Sequence record: SRR22947725_802
Length of the DNA stretch: 41,334 nt
Strand: one strand, 5' to 3'
Positions 39,430 to 41,334 of the stretch are shown here, one piece after another (the stretch's first letter is position 1; each line of letters begins with the position of its first letter). The translations under genes were made by a program, and so were the position numbers. Below the pieces are notes generated by a model. It saw only the letters and a program-made list of their open reading frames with translations. It searched no databases and was not told the DNA's origin.

Positions 39430-41334
39430 ATGAATAGTTTTTCCAAAAACATTATAAATCTATCTGGTGCCCCAGATGGCTTTGATGCAAACATTTTATC
39501 TAATTTTATAACTGAAAAACAAAAGTCTATAATTTTTGTCGCAAGAGATGACAAACGTTTAGATCTGATGCGTAAATCGTTATGGTTTTTTTCACCAAAT
39601 ATACCCATTTTAGATTTTCCATCATGGGATTGCTTGCCTTATGACAGAGTTTCACCAAATGCAGATGTATCCTCAGCAAGGATGGCAACATTAGCAGCTT
39701 TATCATCAGGCTTTGAAGCACCAATTGTGCTTCTCACGACTTTAAATGCCATAACCCAATATATTCCTAATAGAACAATTGTTTCTAATAACAGTTTTGT
39801 TGCCATAGTTGGGAGAACTATCAATGTAAAAGAGTTAAGGGCCTACTTTTCAAAGATGGGTTTCGTTCAGGCACCAACAGTTACAGAGCCTGGGGATTAT
39901 GCAATTCGAGGAGGAATTATTGATGTTTTTCCTCCGGGGGAAAGTGGTCCTGTAAGAATGGATCTTTTTGGTGATGAACTAGAGTCTGCTCGTAGATTTG
40001 ATCCTGTTACTCAGAGAACAGTTGAAAATTTAGATCGGATTGAATTTGCCCCTGTGTCAGAGGTAATATTAGATGATGTGTCTATTAACCGATTTAGAAA
40101 CAATTATCGAAAAGAATTTGGATCAGCAGGGTTAGATGATCCATTGTATGAAGCGATCAGTGTAGGGCGAAAACATCAAGGCTATGAACATTGGGCGCCG
40201 TATTTTCATGATGGGATGGAAACAATATTTGATCATCTGCCCAATGCAGTAATATTTATGGATGAAAATATTGAAAGAATACACACCAGTAGATGGGATG
40301 GAATTAATGATCAATATGAAGCGCGCTTGGAAGCATTAAACTCTAAAAATAGATTAGAAACAGTATATAAACCTATCAAGCCTGAATTATTTTATGTATC
40401 TCCAGATGATTTATTTGATTTATTAAATAATCGTGAGCAAAGAAAATTTATAGTTCTACCACAACCAACCGGTCCTAACTCATTAGATATGAGAGCAAGA
40501 ATTGGTAGAAATTTTGCTCCTGAAAGGCAAAATGAAGAACTAGGTTTATTTGAAGAATTTGCAAAACATATCATTGAAAAAAGAAAAACAACTTCTGTTA
40601 TAATAGCATCTATGTCTTTAGGTGCGCGAGAAAGATTATACGGATTATTACAAGATCAAGGTTTATCAGGAATGGTGAACATTAAAACATGGAAAGATAC
40701 AAACCAGGCAATAGGATCAATATCTCTTGCTGTGTGGCACCTTGAACATGGCTTTGAAGCCCCTGGCTTGACTATAATATCTGAACAAGATGTGCTTGGT
40801 GAGTTAATAATAAGAAAGACAAATAAAAAAAGACGAGCTAAAGATTTTTTAACAGAAGCATCAAGTCTTTCAGTTGGAGATCTTGTTGTACATGTTGATC
40901 ATGGAGTTGGCCGATATCGTGGACTTGAAACAGTAAAAGCTGCTGGAGCTCCACATGATTGTTTGCTTTTAGAATATGCTAATAATGACAGGCTATATCT
41001 ACCTGTCGAAAATGTTGAATTATTAAGCCGATATGGTCATGAAACGGGCTTATTGGACAGATTAGGTGGAAGTGCGTGGCAAGCTAAGAAAGCAAAATTA
41101 AAAGAACGTATTCGAGAAATGGCAGATAAGTTGCTGCGAATAGCTGCTGAACGCTCTTTACGTAAATCTGAGATATTAGAAGTATCACCTGATAAATGGA
41201 ATGCATTTTGTGCTCGATTCCCATATATTGAAACGGATGATCAGTTGAATGCTATTGAAGATGTTGTAAGCGATATGTCTTCTGGAAAACCAATGGATCG
41301 TTTAATATGTGGAGATGTTGGTTTTGGTAAAACT
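39430..41334 (+). CDS. mfd: Transcription-repair coupling factor, N-terminal part (3' truncated; not in the ORF track)
   Basis: My translation: MNSFSKNIINLSGAPDGFDA...WDCLPYDRVSP...GDYAIRGGIIDVF...GDLVVHVDHGVGRY...FPYIETDDQ...PMDRLICGDVGFGKT, running off the window end. Confidence 0.97.
   Translation, partial: MNSFSKNIINLSGAPDGFDANILSNFITEKQKSIIFVARDDKRLDLMRKSLWFFSPNIPILDFPSWDCLPYDRVSPNADVSSARMATLAALSSGFEAPIVLLTTLNAITQYIPNRTIVSNNSFVAIVGRTINVKELRAYFSKMGFVQAPTVTEPGDYAIRGGIIDVFPPGESGPVRMDLFGDELESARRFDPVTQRTVENLDRIEFAPVSEVILDDVSINRFRNNYRKEFGSAGLDDPLYEAISVGRKHQGYEHWAPYFHDGMETIFDHLPNAVIFMDENIERIHTSRWDGINDQYEARLEALNSKNRLETVYKPIKPELFYVSPDDLFDLLNNREQRKFIVLPQPTGPNSLDMRARIGRNFAPERQNEELGLFEEFAKHIIEKRKTTSVIIASMSLGARERLYGLLQDQGLSGMVNIKTWKDTNQAIGSISLAVWHLEHGFEAPGLTIISEQDVLGELIIRKTNKKRRAKDFLTEASSLSVGDLVVHVDHGVGRYRGLETVKAAGAPHDCLLLEYANNDRLYLPVENVELLSRYGHETGLLDRLGGSAWQAKKAKLKERIREMADKLLRIAAERSLRKSEILEVSPDKWNAFCARFPYIETDDQLNAIEDVVSDMSSGKPMDRLICGDVGFGKT

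Noticed and set aside
39417-40574. Five short minus-strand ORFs
   Set aside because: All are antisense to mfd, which occupies the plus strand.

Overview
AT-rich, gene-dense chromosomal backbone of an alphaproteobacterium. Gene order and protein families point to a streamlined marine Rhodobacteraceae/Roseobacter-group organism (inference). Order: 3' end of prfB; bactofilin-M23 peptidase pair; DUF455-bcp; YhdP/AsmA-like protein; queA; MFS transporter; lpdA; orphan PhnD-like protein; VIT1/CCC1 and katG; lipA; a cold-shock-domain/DEAD-box helicase fusion; hpt; Coq10/RatA-like protein; amt; pncC-pgpA-ispDF; dusB-ntrBC-ntrYX-trkAH-hfq-hflX; an Ntn-hydrolase acylase; rpe; a YSC84-like Tat protein; hemB; 5' part of mfd (absent from the ORF track). 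I saw no rRNA, tRNA, CRISPR array, transposase or phage genes. Most notable: (i) an in-frame CspA-domain/RhlE-like helicase fusion with a structured ~130-nt leader; (ii) a recurring promoter-6/7 nt-ATG geometry suggesting several leaderless mRNAs, including a back-to-back pair; (iii) an NtrC lacking GAFTGA, with candidate operators at amt, dusB and ntrY; (iv) a HemB with metal-independent signatures. All calls come from reading the sequence; no searches were run.
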